From positions 296,034 through 360,033 of the forward strand of contig NMRA01000393.1 of the NCBI GenBank assembly GCA_002633005.1: a DNA stretch of 64,000 bases, given 5' to 3'. Below, one piece after another: positions 33,729 through 49,305 of this stretch (positions are counted from its first letter, which is position 1; each line of letters begins with the position of its first letter). The notes under the pieces are model-generated. The model was not told the DNA's origin. It worked only from the letters and a program-made list of their open reading frames with translations, and did not search any database. A program made the translations under genes and the position numbers. This DNA is from Phoronis australis (taxonomy: Eukaryota > Animalia > Phoronida).

Positions 33729-35791
33729 AACTTGGTCACTTTTAATGGCTGTGTGGCTGCAAAAGTGAGGAAGGGTGGATATTATCAGCTGCAGTTAAAA
33801 ACAGATGGGTTTTCTTTTGTGTGTCACACTCGCATTAACTGTCCATTGTCACGCGCTGCCTTACCCTAGTTATTGTATATGTGCATATGGACCTTCCATT
33901 TTAAAGTGGTGGAGCAATAAGGTGGGCTGTGTGTGGAGGGGAGTATTGACTGTACTTGTACATAATGTAGGCATCCTTGTTGTGACCAGCTGCTGTAGAT
34001 TAAGCTGTCACATTATTTGTCAAAACCTGCTGTTATGGCAACTCAGCCTGTCATGTGATCTGCAGGATGGTCACTCCCTAACTGACAGATCCCCCACTGA
34101 GTAAATTCTTGAACTGCAGTATGCCTGGACAATGTAACATGGCCTGAAAGTCTGTTGTTCCACATGCCTCACTCATCACAAGAAGCTGCTGTGACCTCAC
34201 AAAAGGCTTTTGAATTAGATGCAAGTCAAGATTAAGTTTCATTGCTCCTTGACTGCTTTTCTTGTGCCCCTTGACCTTTCTACAACAACCACAATCCTTT
34301 GTTGTGCATTTTAAATGGACATTGACTAATAACACATTTAGTTAGTCATAAAGATAGGCAAACTTAGGTATAGTTCAATCTTTTTATTTAAAATCAAACT
34401 CAAAATTATTTTTCACATTATCTATTCCACTATTTGTTCAAACCCAAGATATGTCTGCCTACATTATGATTGTTCGCACTTGATAACTTCTAAATTCAAA
34501 CTGAACAACAAACTCAAGGAAAAATTAAAAAGTAATCAGAAATTTGCTTGTGTTCCAATCTGGACCCAACTGTTTCTAATGTAATGTGCACTTGAGTTTT
34601 TGTCCATCAGGCTTAGTGACATTATTATCACATGAAGATTGAGATGACGTGTCATCAAGAATTTGTAGAATGTTTGCAATGGAACTGTTCAAATGTTGTT
34701 ATTTATTGAAAGCCTTCTGTAGATGTTTATAGTTGTTGACTTTCAACACTCAAAAGGGTTGGAATTAGATCAGAAAAGGCCCCTTTTGTTGGAAACTTTG
34801 GCCTGCGGCTATGTACATAAATGATGAAAAACCTATCTGTGACAGGATTTTATGTCTTTTTATTTTATTCTACAAAACACAATGCTGCAGAGAGCATCTC
34901 CCAGGATTCGTTTACAAAAACCCCAAAACACCACTTTCAAGTACATTTGACAAAACTAATAAATTGTCACTTGGAAGTAATGCAATCAGTTTTTACAAAA
35001 ACCAATTTGGAAGTGATGTATACAATCTTTCTGCCCTAATTTCTTTCATGACTAGTTAGCAGCTCTACCCCCAATCATTGTTGTCAGGTCCCTCATTGTT
35101 GACATGAGAATGACCACATGACACTTTGTACAATGGGTTACATATGTGTAACTAGGTCAACCATCCAAGGAGCCTGGGGACTTGTAGCAATAACAGATAA
35201 GGCAAAGGGTTAGTACTAAATAGTTGTGTACTAGTGCCCCCCATTGATCAAGTTGGTTTGTATAAGAGGTGTTGATTAATTAATTAAAATGATACTAAAA
35301 TTGGATTTTGACTATCAAGGGACACTAAAACCAACTTAATAATTGAATCATTGAAAAAGTTTGATCTATGTTCTACAACTCTTAACTAAATTTCGTTAAT
35401 TGGAAAATATGGCTAATACTTGAGATGTCAGTTTATTCGACAATTGTGTGTGCTGCGAGTTTTGTATCGTGCTAGAATCTATTTTATGACACAAGTAGAG
35501 TTTTAACTGACATTATCTTTCCGAGAATTAAGCACTAACTGTACAGTGATACCTAGGTCTGAAGTTAGAAGCAGTTTTAAGTAAAATCACCAAAACATGA
35601 TTTAGTATCCTTTTAGACCAATACTTAAATGTTGAAACTTGATGGTTATGTTTTACCTAGTACTTATTGGTGACTGTCGTGGGGTTTTGAATTAAGTTTG
35701 CAGGATGGGAATAATTACAAAATATTCAAGAAATAGCGAAAATATCTGTATGGCGTTTTTAAGACCATTTGCACTGATGTAGCATATGTGT

Positions 35792-36023
35792 GCATGGAGT
35801 ATAATGACCAGTGATACTGATATATGGTGTTTAGTGACCAGTCATCCTGATAGCATGGAGTGTAATGACCAGTCATATTGATGTACAGTGTTTAGTGACC
35901 AGTCATTCTGATAGCATGGAGTGTAATGACCAGTCATACTGATATATGGTGTTTAGTGACTAGTCATCCTGATAGCATGGAGTGTAATAACCAGTCATAT
36001 TGATGTATGGTGTTTAATGACCA
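35792..36023. repeat. ~30-bp alternating (dimeric, ~61-bp) tandem repeat
   Basis: gcatggagtgtaatgaccagtca alternates with tggtgtttagtgaccagtca. Confidence 0.8.
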
Positions 36024-36150
36024 ACTGGGCTTGGTACTTATCTTTTTAGGAATGTTATACCTATAACTCTTTGAATTAATTGTACTTGTTACTATAATAA
36101 ATAAATAAATACATTACAATACAATACCAGTCAGCCTGATGTAACATAAA

Positions 36151-36584
36151 GTGATGCTTCTGTGCATGAACTTGGAATCCTGCTTAATCTCAAGATAGCG
36201 TAGGCATGAACTTGGAATACATCTGGAAATATGACTAGTTCACTCAAATAATCATGTTCACATTGATAAGAATTTTCACTGTACTAAATCAATTTACATG
36301 TTAATAAAATGATGTAAATTTTAAGCAACTGTTTTTCAACTATTGGTGATCTTTGACCAAACAATATTTGATTTAATAATTCACAAAATTAATCCAATTC
36401 TCTGACGCAAGTTACGGCAAAGGAGAAAATGGATGATCCTGATGCCTATAATTACAAAAATTCTTACATTGAACAAAAAATTTCACCTAATTGCGTGAAT
36501 GACTATTCATTTGTTTTCCAAGTTCATGCATAAGCGATCTTGAGGTTAAGCAGGATTCCAAGTTCACACACAACAGCACATCAC
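36151..36584. mobile_element. MITE/foldback with ~65-bp TIRs
   Basis: tgaacttggaatcctgcttaatctcaagat..gcatgaacttggaa is inverted as ttccaagttcatgc..atcttgaggttaagcaggattccaagttca. Confidence 0.8.
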
Positions 36585-39500
36585 TGTGTCTATGGTTGTG
36601 CTTATGTAGACAGCTAGACAAGAAAGGTAGAATTATTCACCTGAGATTCAAAGTGAAACTGCCTTATGTTATTGCAGTTGCCAAGTCTCAGTAACGTGTG
36701 AATGTATTCCGATATAAACAAGGTATTCAGCATCCTGACCTTGGTCGAACCAGCGAAAATGGTAGTCAATTTCAAGATGTTATTTCCCAAATCAAACACC
36801 TTTTTACATTTAAAAATATTTTTTATTCAAATCTTGACAGTTTGTGACAATTTCCATCATGTTCATGTGAAGTGGATTACGGTATATTACTTTCATGGGG
36901 TTTCCTCCAACACCCTAAAATGTTCCACTTCTACATGAGCGGCTGTCAAAACATGGACTTCATGATTTATCCTCCTGCAAAATTTACATATTTTCAGTTT
37001 AAAGCGCCCTGTGCTCGGCATCATACTGCTCACTCACAATTTGTGTGATCAATACTTCCTGGAAAGCTCTTGTCATTTTTGTGAACACCGGTTTCATACG
37101 AATTTATTGTTATGAGACTTTTTATGCCAAGATTCCTGAAATCTTTTTGAAAACGCTCCCCAGTGCAGAACATAATCTATTTAATATTTAAAGTTTTCAG
37201 TGTCAACCAGGATGCATTATAGTAGAAGATATGATGTACTAACCCTGGCCGACCTTCAGACAAAGCAAAATTTAGATGATTTTGGCTTAGGCTGGGCAGT
37301 TCACTTCTTGTCTCTTCCTTGTTTTATCTAAAAGTGCTGTATTAAGCTGAGTGCTGATAAACTTCCTGGTTTGCTTTCAATTGGTAAATAAATTAATTGA
37401 CACGATTTTGACAACTTGAGGTTCAGGTGCCAAAAATCTCAGTTTGAGACCATACCAATCCAAGTTAAATGCCCACATTAGCGTTATTGCTCCCCTACAA
37501 AATTTCTAAATTTTCACTTTTAGAAGCGTGTGCTCAGCTTGTTGGCGTACCTCCAATTTATGCAATTGGGACTTCCTTGGTGGGGGTGTGTCTTTGAGAA
37601 TATTTGTCTCATGATACAAATTTTAGCTTCCATACTGTATGAAACTTACGGGTTACCTTTAAGTAACAGTTTCATTTCAGCTTTACCTTATTTGAGGGGA
37701 GATACTCACCTGCATGCGAGTCTGACACATTTGCCTGAATTAACTATTTGGCTAAATGCCCACACCAAACTTCTCAATCAAAAACTTTGTTCTTAAATGT
37801 ATAATTATGCTTTTCTAACATCCACTCCTCACTTTTGGTTGCCCTGAACATGGACAAGTACCATGATATTATCACTTGCATGTCAGTAAGTGTGTATACC
37901 ATCACTGGACAACAACATAAAATGAACATTATTTGTACCAATAAAGTTATTGACAAGTCGTGTCATTTTAGTGTTCTGGTGGAAGATGAACCATTGCTGA
38001 TTCCTGATTATCTTTCACCCAATGGTAGGCACGCCAATTCTTTTTCCAATTGGCAGCTATGAGTGCTTCTTACTGGTTAGAATTACAATGTCCACTTACT
38101 ACAACCTCTGTCCATTAGAGAACCTATCTGAGTAATCTGGCAATACCCCCAAAGTGAGATTTTAATAGGGGAGCTCGTTATGATTTATATGGCTAGACTG
38201 CCTGTACTTTTAGACTGAGACTGATGAATGCTGAGGATTGCCTCTGTATCATCTTTACTCAATAATCAGTTATGAATCATCGTTCAACATCTAATTAAGC
38301 CAGCATGCTTGTCGCACTGCTCATTTAAGATGATGTCATTTGAAACCTATTGATTATTGATGTTGTTTCTTCTTCAGTAAATCACCTCTCTCATTCCATT
38401 CTCTGTGTTGTTTCGCATTTCAGCCTGCCATCTGTTGTGGTGTAAGAAAACTCACACTTTTGTTCCAACCACAAGTCAGAGTACTGTTCAACCCTAAAAT
38501 TATGAAGGATTTGGCTGCAAAGTTTTTATTAAACCACTGTTGAACCTTTGTTAGCAATTGAGTAGTCGTGTAGAAGATACAATTTGCATCAGAATTCGTG
38601 AAAATCCTCAAAATTGAGTTCAAGTTGTTCCATTTATGTTTTGCTTTATTATGAGATTTGCCACTCTTGTAAGTTCTTAGAAGGCCCTTTCGCACTGTCA
38701 TCGACACATCAGTGTTTAGAGGGGCATCGCCAGTAGGTAGCGTAAATCCCTGGTGGACCAAAGTTTGTTGTGATGCCGTCAGCAGGTATCCTGGCAACAA
38801 CAGTGCATGCTGTGTTAGAAATTTGGGACTATTTTGTTCAATTATTCTTATACTGTCAGCATTTTATTTCAGTAAGTGACTGTTTATTGCGAAGTTAATT
38901 GGCGCTTAAAATTTTGATCCAGGACCGAAGTTAATCAATCATACTGACCGCAACTCCCTAAAATATCCTTGCGTCAACATTAGTGTGAAATGGCCTATAG
39001 ATATACTGGTATGAGAGTATTGTCTGAGCATTCTTTTGTTCATCTTTCAGTGTGACTTCAGTGTGGATTATTCAATTCTTCAACTATTTAGCATACATTA
39101 TTGCAGAAAAGTGAAATTATATTTTGCCAAATTTCACCACAGAAATAAAAGTCAAGAAGATTTTAGTATATTTTTAACTTGGTTCATAAATTGTTTAGAC
39201 GCCACAAAAACAGGATTTGGTAAAGTTTCCATTAATTGCAACAAAGCAGAATTTTTGTGCGAAACAAATGGAGAATAAAAATCCTCTCTAGAATCTGACT
39301 ACCGATAAATAATTGAGTTTTGGAACCAATCAAAATTGAGGAATACCAGCAATCATAATCTCATGGTATTTGTATGTTGAACAATATTAGTCAACCAAAG
39401 TTCACCCTTGTTTTTGTATTTCAAAACAGATTAAAAATTGATGTAAAAGCATGTTTTTGCGACAACTACTGCTGCTATTGATAACTCCTACCAATGAATG

Positions 39501-40599
39501 TGCGGTTAGCATGGGGTGAGCATCAGAGTCTATCTTCACAGTACTCTAGGAAATTGTGTCAACACAAGTTATGAATTGTGAGTTATTGTGTAGACATTAA
39601 AATTTACACCTAAATTCGTTGGGATTCCATTTTCTTTAGTTCTGTTTGTAGACTGAGCGAAGATTGTTCGTTCTAATGTCAGGGCTCCATGTTCAAATAT
39701 TTTCGTCCGCAGCGATCTCTATCCATACCACCATGACTGAACTAGTCTTGATGTCAAACTATGAGAAAGTGGACCCCTTCGTGGCACCATGTATTTGTCA
39801 ATGGATTTTTAATTATTTCACTTTTGTAATTGAGTTCCTGTTAAATGTCAGTGTATAGTATCACTTTTAGCCGAAGTAGCCAAAATAGATGAGTTCTGCT
39901 TTGGTTCTCTGGCGCCCGTTGATGATTTTCATACTGTAATTTTTTGAACCTGGCAGATAATTTTTCTGCGAGTGATTCTGGACAAAAGACCACTGGAGCA
40001 GCAGAAGATGCTTTTCAACATAATTGCTGTAACTGCCATGATACCCCTGTCCATGAAAACCTTCAGTACCCCTTAGTTTACTGTTTTATTCTGACTCATC
40101 ATCTGCGAAATGTATAGCTTTGTCCACACCAGAAATTCTGGATATGGCAGTAACTCTGTCTGGCCTGGTGAGAGCTCTGGGCAGGAATGTTTTCCAGAGT
40201 GCAAAAGAGTTCTGTCACTCAAGGATGACTTAATTCTGTACTACAAATGATATAGAACTTGAGAGACATTTGAAGTTTCAAACTTACAGTGCAATACACT
40301 GTAGACTTACTGTGACTGCACTTTGCTGTGTTGCATGATTCTCGTCTGGAAACAAGAGAATATGAAGTGTTGATCAGTGGTCGCGATTTCTTGATTTACT
40401 TAAGCATAATAGCAGTTAAATATTCAATAATTTAATCTAAATGACAGAAGTAAGAAGCTTCGACATTTTTGTTGCTTATTTCCCATTTGGTGTCGGCAAC
40501 ATTAACAGTACTGGTGCTCTCGATAAGAATGCTGTTGCACGCTCATGACAAATTTTAGTATCTAGTAAAACATGCCTGTGTCATGGATAGGATGGCACA

Positions 40600-42780
40600 A
40601 GTGAATTTTCAAATAGATCGACCAACAGGTGTCCCCCCGGGCAATTTTACTGTGTTACATTTATCTCTTTATCTTTGGAGTTTCTTGACGGATTTTCGAT
40701 TTTCGTGAAATTTGACTAGCAGGAGTCTGTAAAGAAGACAACACCATCATTTTGTTTTGGAATGGATTCAAAATATTCTTCCCCACCTATTGGCAATTTT
40801 TGCTGTTTTTGAGTTTTTGGGCAACCGTCTCTCAATTGACCACAACTGTAGGCTCTTATTTTGAAGAGAACAAGTGAGGATTGTGTTTGGATAGCTCAGA
40901 CTTGTGGTGTGCCCCAGTAACACTTTTTTGCGTCCATGGTTGTATCTCCGGAACCCATAGCAAGATCTTTGTTGAATTTGGCAAGTAAATATTTCTATGA
41001 ACGTGGCATCGGATGAGTATGACTTTCAGACAGATTCGAGTTCCCCTTTGCCCCCCCAGTGATAATTTTAATTTATACCTTTTCCTCTGTATCTTGAGAG
41101 TTCCTTGGTGGATTTTCATGGAAGTTGCCAATTAGGTTTCTCTTTAAGAGGCAATGACACACTCTCATTTTCAGATGGATTCAGCTTTTTGTGTGCCTCC
41201 TAGTGGCCAATTTTATTATTTTTGAGCCTGATTTGACTTCCGTCTCTCTATTGGACAAACATTTTAGAATTGGCGTATGTTTTCCTCCTAAATAGAGCAC
41301 ATCTAGCGATGTTTTTGAATGGTACTGTCTACTGTGGTGCCCCATAGTGTCATTTTTGTGTCTGGATATGTCTCCTAAACCTTTTGCAAGATTCTTCTTA
41401 ATTTTAGCAAGTTTCTTTCTATTTCCTGCCTCAGACGCTAGTGGCAAATGGTAGGTTCCACTGTGCATGTCTCAAGTGTCAACTCAAAATAACAAACTTT
41501 ACAAAATATGCTTGATTTATCACTTGTGCTATGTATTGCTTAGAAGTCACATAGTTGCAGATGACATCTTACCATAGCTCAGCTTTTGGTATTACAACTT
41601 AAGTTGATTTGGGCCATTTAATGAAGGTTATATAGGCCATTTCAACAAGCCGTGCATTGCACCAAATATCTGCAAAACATTGAATTTAAATCTGTAAAGG
41701 CCTAATCTACTTTCCGAAAGTGGAAAGTCTATAGAATTTGATTGTGTTCTTTGAACCAGTCTGCCATTTAGTGGGTAACGTTACAGTGACATTTCAGTAA
41801 AATTTAGCAAAAAAGAAATTGTTTTTTTTTCATTTTTGCAACATTTGAGTTTTTGCATAAAAATCATAAAAGTGCTTTATTTTGATACCCCCGAGTGTGC
41901 AAAAGCGGACCATTTTGTAAACAATTCCCAACAGTGCATAAAACTCGTCTCATTTGCCTACTGGCTTTTTGAATGTTTCGTTGGTATTACAATACCCACT
42001 TAACCACAGCCCTGGACTTCTGTCAACAGTCAGTATAGGTTGAAACATTCCAACAAAGAAAGTCACTGTTATAACACCCTATAACGCATTTTTCTTTTCT
42101 TCTGTTGTAGCTCACCAGTTTTTACTATTCAAACAATGGAGACCTTCAATTTTCAATGACAGATGTGCTAAATATATATGTGGGTGCATGACGCCATCCC
42201 ATGCCCCCTTCTGGGGTCTTCTGTATTTCCTAAACCCAAAGATGGCAGATAGGTTTATATTAAAGAGATGGTAACACCTTCCAATTTTCGAATGGATTTA
42301 CATATTGTATGCCACTTAGTAACCATTTTAGATTCATTATTGGGAAGTGCATGGCTGACAATAATTTTTAGCAGTCTGAGTCCTGTGGCGCCCTCTTGAG
42401 GCAATTTTGTATTTTTGCCTGTGGCTTAATGCAAGTTCCTTCACGAAATTTGGCATGTGTTTCTATTGAGGATAGTACAACTCACGTGAATTTTGGGACA
42501 AATACTACGAGAGGCACCTAGTGGCCATGCTATTTTTTTGCACTTGCCTTGATATCTTGACTCCTTGATGGATGTTCGTGAAATTTGGTAAATAAGTTAC
42601 TATCAAGTAGACAACAACACCTGCCCAGTTTCAGATGGAATTGACCTACATTTCGCTTCCTAGTGGCCTTTCTATTGTTTTTGTGTCCTTTGTTGTATGC
42701 TTCTCTGTCCCTTCTTGAAGAATCATAAAGTTGGCTGGACGTGTATTCCTAATGAGGAGCGCATTTCTGACTTCCTTTGT
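40600..42780. repeat. Degenerate dispersed repeat family B (also ~24090-24700 and ~61370-62350)
   Basis: Recurring subunit: gtgccNcctagtggc...tatctttggagttcctt...ggattttc(a/g)tgaaattt...cattttcagatggat. Confidence 0.7.
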
Positions 42781-42857
42781 ACCCCAACATAAGTATCCCC
42801 AATAGAAGCTCTTATTAAGTTTGTCAGCATTGCCCCATTTAGTGGAAATGTTTAAAA

Positions 42858-43003
42858 CAACACTCACACCCTCTATGTGCATTGTATGTCATGCAACACT
42901 CACCCCCTCTATGTGCACTGTATGCCACGCAACACTCACCCCCTCTATGTGCACTGTATGCCATGCAACACTCACCCCCTCTATGTGCGCTGCATGCCAT
43001 GCA
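42858..43003. repeat. 39-bp minisatellite x~4
   Basis: caacactcaccccctctatgtgcactgtatgccatg variants (36-39 bp period by eye). Confidence 0.8.
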
Positions 43004-46000
43004 AAGAGTGGCTGCATATCCTCACTCTGCTTCTTGCCACGTAACAGGAAATCACAAATTTCCTGTGCATTCGAGAACTTGATAATTATTCTTAATATTG
43101 ATGGTTAATTAATGACCATATTGCAGTCTGAAATTGATGTAGTTGTAACCTTCAATATTTTGTGACATTGAATTGAGCATGCATGCACACTATACAAACT
43201 CATGTTTAAAAGCAAACTTTAAACACATTATGCGTGTACATGGTTCCTGTCCACTGCTCCACACAACATGGTTCCTGTCCACTGCTCCACACAACTAAAA
43301 CTTTCACAGATTTCCTAATACATATTGATTTCCAATAGTAATGCAATTGTTTTTAGCTTGCAAATAAAATGATTGTTATTTAATGCCATCGAAGACCCGT
43401 TTTAATTACTGCACTTTGCCTCAACCAACTGCTTTAGCAAAGGAAGTGTCTTGGGCAAGTCTCAGTCTTGGGAACTAATTTATTGATTGGACAAGTGTTA
43501 TCAGGGGCTGCACTGTCTGCTGACTTGACATGAGTTGGATAATCAACATAAAACATGTATCCTGTTATAATATTGTCAGCCCTTGATCTGCTGTTTGTTA
43601 GCAAGAGCTGTTATGGCTGTTTTGACTAGTATCAGAGCTAAGTGAAGAATACACAAATTTGTGAATTCTTAATTGTAACTGCAAGCCAATACACAATTCT
43701 AAAATGTTTTGGCTTTAAGTTGCAATTCTGGAGTACAATGATGCAAAATCACTATTTGTGAAGGTATAGGCATGATCTCAGACAAAGTTTTAGCTACATT
43801 AGCATAATTTATTAATTAGACAAAATTTTATGTAAATTAACTTCCAAGGATCGTCATTTTGAACTTTCAAAAGTCTGTCAAGGAAATCCAATTTATATGT
43901 TGGTTGAGGTTTTCCGTAACATTTTAATGCGTTCGGTTGCATAGACTTGTGCCTCTCTGCATAGGAGCTTTGAAAATAGTTTTAATCATTGCCAGAATAT
44001 TGTGTCATCTGTCATTGTCAGGGCACATCAGCCATTTACAGTGTTGAAGCCTAGGTTAAAGAAGGTACCATGAAAATTCTCCAGACAGTTGGGTGTATAA
44101 CTTTGCACTTTGTCAGTAGCTGGCTGATGATAGACCATTAGGATTGTAATTGTGTTATAAATGTTTGATAGCTTCCATTCAGCTGGATGCAATATCATTA
44201 TCTCTTGGTGATGACTCATCTCTCTCCAGTATCTATGTTAATAGAATTCCATTGCAGAACTTTCTGTATTCATCTGAAGCTAGTTCACTCTGGGGGGTGT
44301 CAAGGCTGGAATTATGTTGATGGTGCTTGGACGTGCTTAAAGACTGAGTCAGTTTTGTTTGCTGGCTTAATATAACTTTGTTTTGTTTATGTAGTAAGTG
44401 TCTCTTTCCATCTTCCTCGTTTGTGATTGGTTGGTCATGGTTATAGCAACACGCTGCCCACCCCTTGGAGAGGACTTTGGTTAAGTCCTTATGCAGAGTT
44501 TTACTATAGTTTAATCAATTGTCTTCTTTTGGATTAGCCATCAGCTAAGTAGGAAGTACTTTCTAGGAAGTTGTATCGAGGTAAGAATTGTCTGCCATTA
44601 GCTCCCAATTTGCTAGTTTTCACTAAAGTTTTATTAGTTTTTGTGACGTAACTTCATACAATATCGACTCTTTTTTCTGACCATAGCAATTGTTGAAAAA
44701 ACATAGTAAAGTGTAGCACTGACTTAGTCTTAGGTCTACTGAGACACAGGGACCAACAAGCAATATGTCCACAGCCACTTTCATATATTTTGTTTCCGCC
44801 CCCCACATCACCGCCCCCCTCCCATCATGACCCACCTCCATCACNCCCCCCCATCACCGCCCCCCATCACCCCATACTTGTAGCATATATGGGTAGCACA
44901 GTAGAAACGCCAAAAAGGTACAAGGTATCTGTAGAAGTCATAGCAGTTCACCTATATGTATCTAGCAGTTCATTTCACATAGTTACGTGAATGCAGACTC
45001 ACTGTGATGAACAGTGATATTACCAAGGTGTGACTGTTGTCATCGAGGGCGTGACTTGACAGTTGTCTGTCTGGGTGTCCTATTTGTCCAGGATTAATAT
45101 TTAACGATTTTCTCCTTGTTATAGTTATATAGTAGTTGCTGACACAGTACTGTTCATTGCACATGTTTTGATTTTGTTCTTGCAAGCAGGAGGATCAGTC
45201 ACATGTAGAATAGTGCATTTTTACACACTATGAAGAATTAATTTCCCTAAATGCATTGTTTTCATACCACCTTCGTACCTTCACTGAGTGCTTCGACATT
45301 GGTGTCTTGTGATTTATAACAAACTTTGGTGACCACTCATTTGTTTTATTGAGCATTTAATCACTTTCAATACCAGTATTTATCTCTGGTAACCTGCTTT
45401 TTATTGGTTTTGTGTTTGTTGTGAGCATACTTTCTTTTCAATAACGTTCCGCTAATAGTGCAATAATGTATTTTGTTACACAGTCTTTCAATTGATTGCA
45501 TTTCATGATTCGTTGATCTTTTCTGCCCACAAACCCCAACAATGAGGGCACTGAATCCTTTAGATGTGCAGACATGAGGGTGCAGTGAAATTTGTTTAGA
45601 AAGAACATGACTATAGCTTATGATAAATAAAATGTAAACCTATGTTAACACGTGTTGATGGCTGTTTGATTTCTTGTACATCACAGTTTGTGAAGAGGGT
45701 ACCACTTCATATTTTGAGAATGGAGGATTTTAGATCTTATTGCTATCAATTGATTAGGAAGCTTCAGTCTTGGCTAAGCATTCCGTCAAAAACTGTCTTT
45801 TGAGTTACATGCTTAAACTGGTTGCGACTTGTTAGTTCTCTCGTAAGAAACTACTTCATTTTTGCGTGATAAAACTACTCAAGAAATTGTCACAGTGGGT
45901 CATTTTATCCACCCAAGGTGGTCTCATGCAAAAGCTCAGAAATCATTTCTCATCTGAGTAAGGAACACGTTGAGACCAGGGAAACCCTGGGGTGAAAAGT

Positions 46001-48936
46001 CTTCACATATGAAATGAAAAAGAAGTCTCACAGCTTTATACTGATGATTCAACCTTCCAGCCTCGTCATCAATCAATTTCAGTAGCATCCATTTTACTAT
46101 TGTCCACGAGTAAATTCCCGAATGTACTCGCAAAACATTCACCTGTGACTCGCATGATTTTGCATGGTCTACCATTATTTGGCTTTTCTAGCAAGAAACG
46201 TGCTATGTGTAGTACATCCCTGGTCTGAGCCTTTTGCAGTAGATTCCTGGTCTGAGCCTTTTCAGACTGATACATTTTGATTTCCTATGTCTAAAGCCTG
46301 CTATCATCGAGTACACTTTTGCATTATGATATTTGAAATTTCAAATGTAAGATGGCCAAAGACAGAGATGCCAGGTCTGTCTTTCTAATGACCTATTTGC
46401 CATGTGTTACTGTGACATTTAGCTAATTTAAATGCCAAATGACAACTGTCACTGTTACCACATCTGTCATTGATTTGGGTTCATGTGACTACTGGCTCTG
46501 GTTCATAGGACTACTGGCTCACTACTGGCTCTTGTTCACAGGACTACTGGCTCTGTGCTTGCTGTGGGCTCTGGTCTTACATAAAATAACCTCAAGTGAC
46601 ATCAGCAGTTTGAAACATTTATTTATCATTTCTAGAAAGATTTAATTACTTTGTAAAATAATTATTGATCAAAGGAGTCTGTTCTGCATCTTCACTTAGT
46701 TGATCAAAACGCGTAATTGCCTCCTCCGTTGACCTAAAACTCACTGACCTATTAACCTCAATTATGCAAATGAGTAGCTGCAGTACATGCCACAGACAAA
46801 ATGACTCGGAATTTGTCGCCATGCTGGCTGAACCATCATCGTAGCTAGAGCAACCCGACGTGATGGGGGAACGGTAGTTTGTCTGATAGCTTTTGACTTG
46901 TACTGTATTAAGAAACATTCTACATAGGACTCTTTGGCGTCATGAAAGCGCAAGAGCAGTGTTTGCTTTTCCCATTTTTTGGCATTTAAGGTGTGATGAG
47001 CTGACATTCACTGACATTTTGAAACATTCACAGGTTTTATATGAATCGTTTGAATACTCCATTGCAATTTGATGGCTGGTCGCAAAGAATTTATAAAAAT
47101 GCTGTAAATTTCCCTCCACTCAAGAATCCTGAACGTATTCCACAAACTACCCTTTAGCCTTCTGAAATTGTATTGGAAAATGGTGATCATTGGGGGCTGT
47201 GGCTGTCGCAATGGCCACACCCTTGTCCTTGCCCTTCCCCCGCGCTTTCTACAGCATTTACTGTATAGAACTGGGACCTACCTTGACACAGGAATAATTT
47301 GCTAAATACATTTAGTTCAAGTGTGCATCAAAAAATCAAGAAACAGTTAAACTGAAGATTAAAAACGATGATTGTCTTTATGACTAAGTCTGCAGTATAT
47401 GAAAAAATCCAAATATTACGCATATGATAATATTGATTGGTATTGAAAATTCTGTTTGGTGGTTGGTTGTTAAATCACTTTCCAACAAAATCTAAAACTG
47501 CGTGAGAGACAGGTCTTCTGTTACAGCATTCATTGTGTTGTAAGGAAGTTAATATGCTTCCCATATCATGTGACATACTGTACTTCCTAATACCCCATGC
47601 TGTGTTCCTGCCTGATAATAACCTGGGCTCTTCCTTCTTCAGTAAGTTACATTCATTTGCAATAATGCGTTAAAAGTGCAAGGTTGAAGGATGAAGGTCA
47701 GCAGAAATCAATAACCAATTAAAATTACACATAATAAGTACTAGACAATAATCACTAAGTACACAGACTTTCCTAGCAAAGAATGACAATTTTCTGATAT
47801 AGATTACCAGTTCAAATACATAACTTACATGTTACTTGACAGAGATAGACTTGGACAAACATTTGACATCACTTGCCATTCCCTTGTATGTTTTTCTGCT
47901 TGATTTTGCAGCTTTTAACAATTCTTGTGACAACATTAGCATTTCATGTGGGTGATGTTGAAACAACTGTTGGGAAATACCCGTGGCTGAAAGAAATTAG
48001 GATATAATAAATTTGTCCAACCTTCAATCAGGCAGATGTCACTTTCATCTTTGCATTTCAAGTAATTGTCCCTTGGATATTGAAATTGTTGTTGATAGGT
48101 GTGACTAGTTTGGCGGCAGTAAGTGTTACGTGTTTTGCAATATTGTGCACACACTGTGTTTGGATAAAAAAGAATACAATGGTTGTGCAAAGCAAGCTGT
48201 TATACCATTCATTCACAGCATGGTAACCATATGGTTTCTTGATCAAAAACAAGAAAAAGGAGAATTTTTTGATCTCAAAATCTGATGACGTTTAATTCAG
48301 TCAAGTTTCAAATTATTCTGGATGATGACACAATTTTGAGATTTGACTGATTTCTTTATAGAAATATTAAGTGACAGATCAAGTCAAAACTGACATCACG
48401 TTTTTACAATGGGATAAAATCAAAATTCTTATCAAATGGGAAGAAACTAAAATAAAAGTAAATCATAACTGATTTTACTGTGATACATTAACTAATTTAA
48501 GTGTCTGTTCTTGTTAAACCCTAACGTTTTTTGAAAATGTCTTTGAAATATTTCCTGTCATTTCCCTGGGGCTGATGTCTGCACTCATGTTCCTTCTTCA
48601 TTTGTGGTGTTGAAACTGGTTTAAATCATCGATTGGAATGGAGTGTGTAAGCAGGTTTTCATAAAGAATCAATGGCTTGTTTATGATATGTAAACAGACA
48701 TCTGTAACGGAGGAACTGGGTGCTGAAAGGGTAGAGACCGCCACCAGTAGAGACCGCCACCAGTAGGTTATCTTCTTTTCATTTGTTCTTCATTGATTAT
48801 CAATCGACTTAAGCATTAGAACATTATACCTGCATTATAGTGTTAATTAGTTGTCATACTCGGGCGAGGGAATACTCACTTTACTTTTAATGTGCTTACA
48901 TATAGATGGTGCATTATTGCTGTTGTCTCTGTACCG

Positions 48937-49305
48937 GGTCAGGTGACACCAGAGGACTCCTCTGTAAGGGTTCAGGTGATACCAGAGGACTCTTATGTAA
49001 GGGGTCAGGTGACACCAAAGGACTCTTCTGTAAGGGGTCAGGTGACACCCAAGGCCTCCTCTATAAGGGGTCAGGGGACACCAGAGGACTCCTCTGTAAT
49101 GGATCAGGTGACACCAGAGGACTCCTCTGTAAGGGGTGTGGTGACACCAGAGGACTCCTCTGTAAGGGGTGTGCTGACACCAGAGGACTCCTCTGTAAGG
49201 GGTGTGGTGACACCAGAGGACTCCTCTGTAAGGGGTGTGGTGACACCAGAGGACTCCTCTGTAATGGATCAGGTGACACCAGAGGATTCCTCTGTAAGGG
49301 GTCAG
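48937..49305. repeat. 33-bp minisatellite x11
   Basis: aggggtcaggtgacaccagaggactcctctgta; explains four overlapping ORFs. Confidence 0.93.

Noticed and set aside
38424-38668. Possible + strand exon (tttcag|...|gtaagt) and 126-aa minus-strand ORF
   Set aside because: No convincing reading frame or homology; cannot be supported without transcripts
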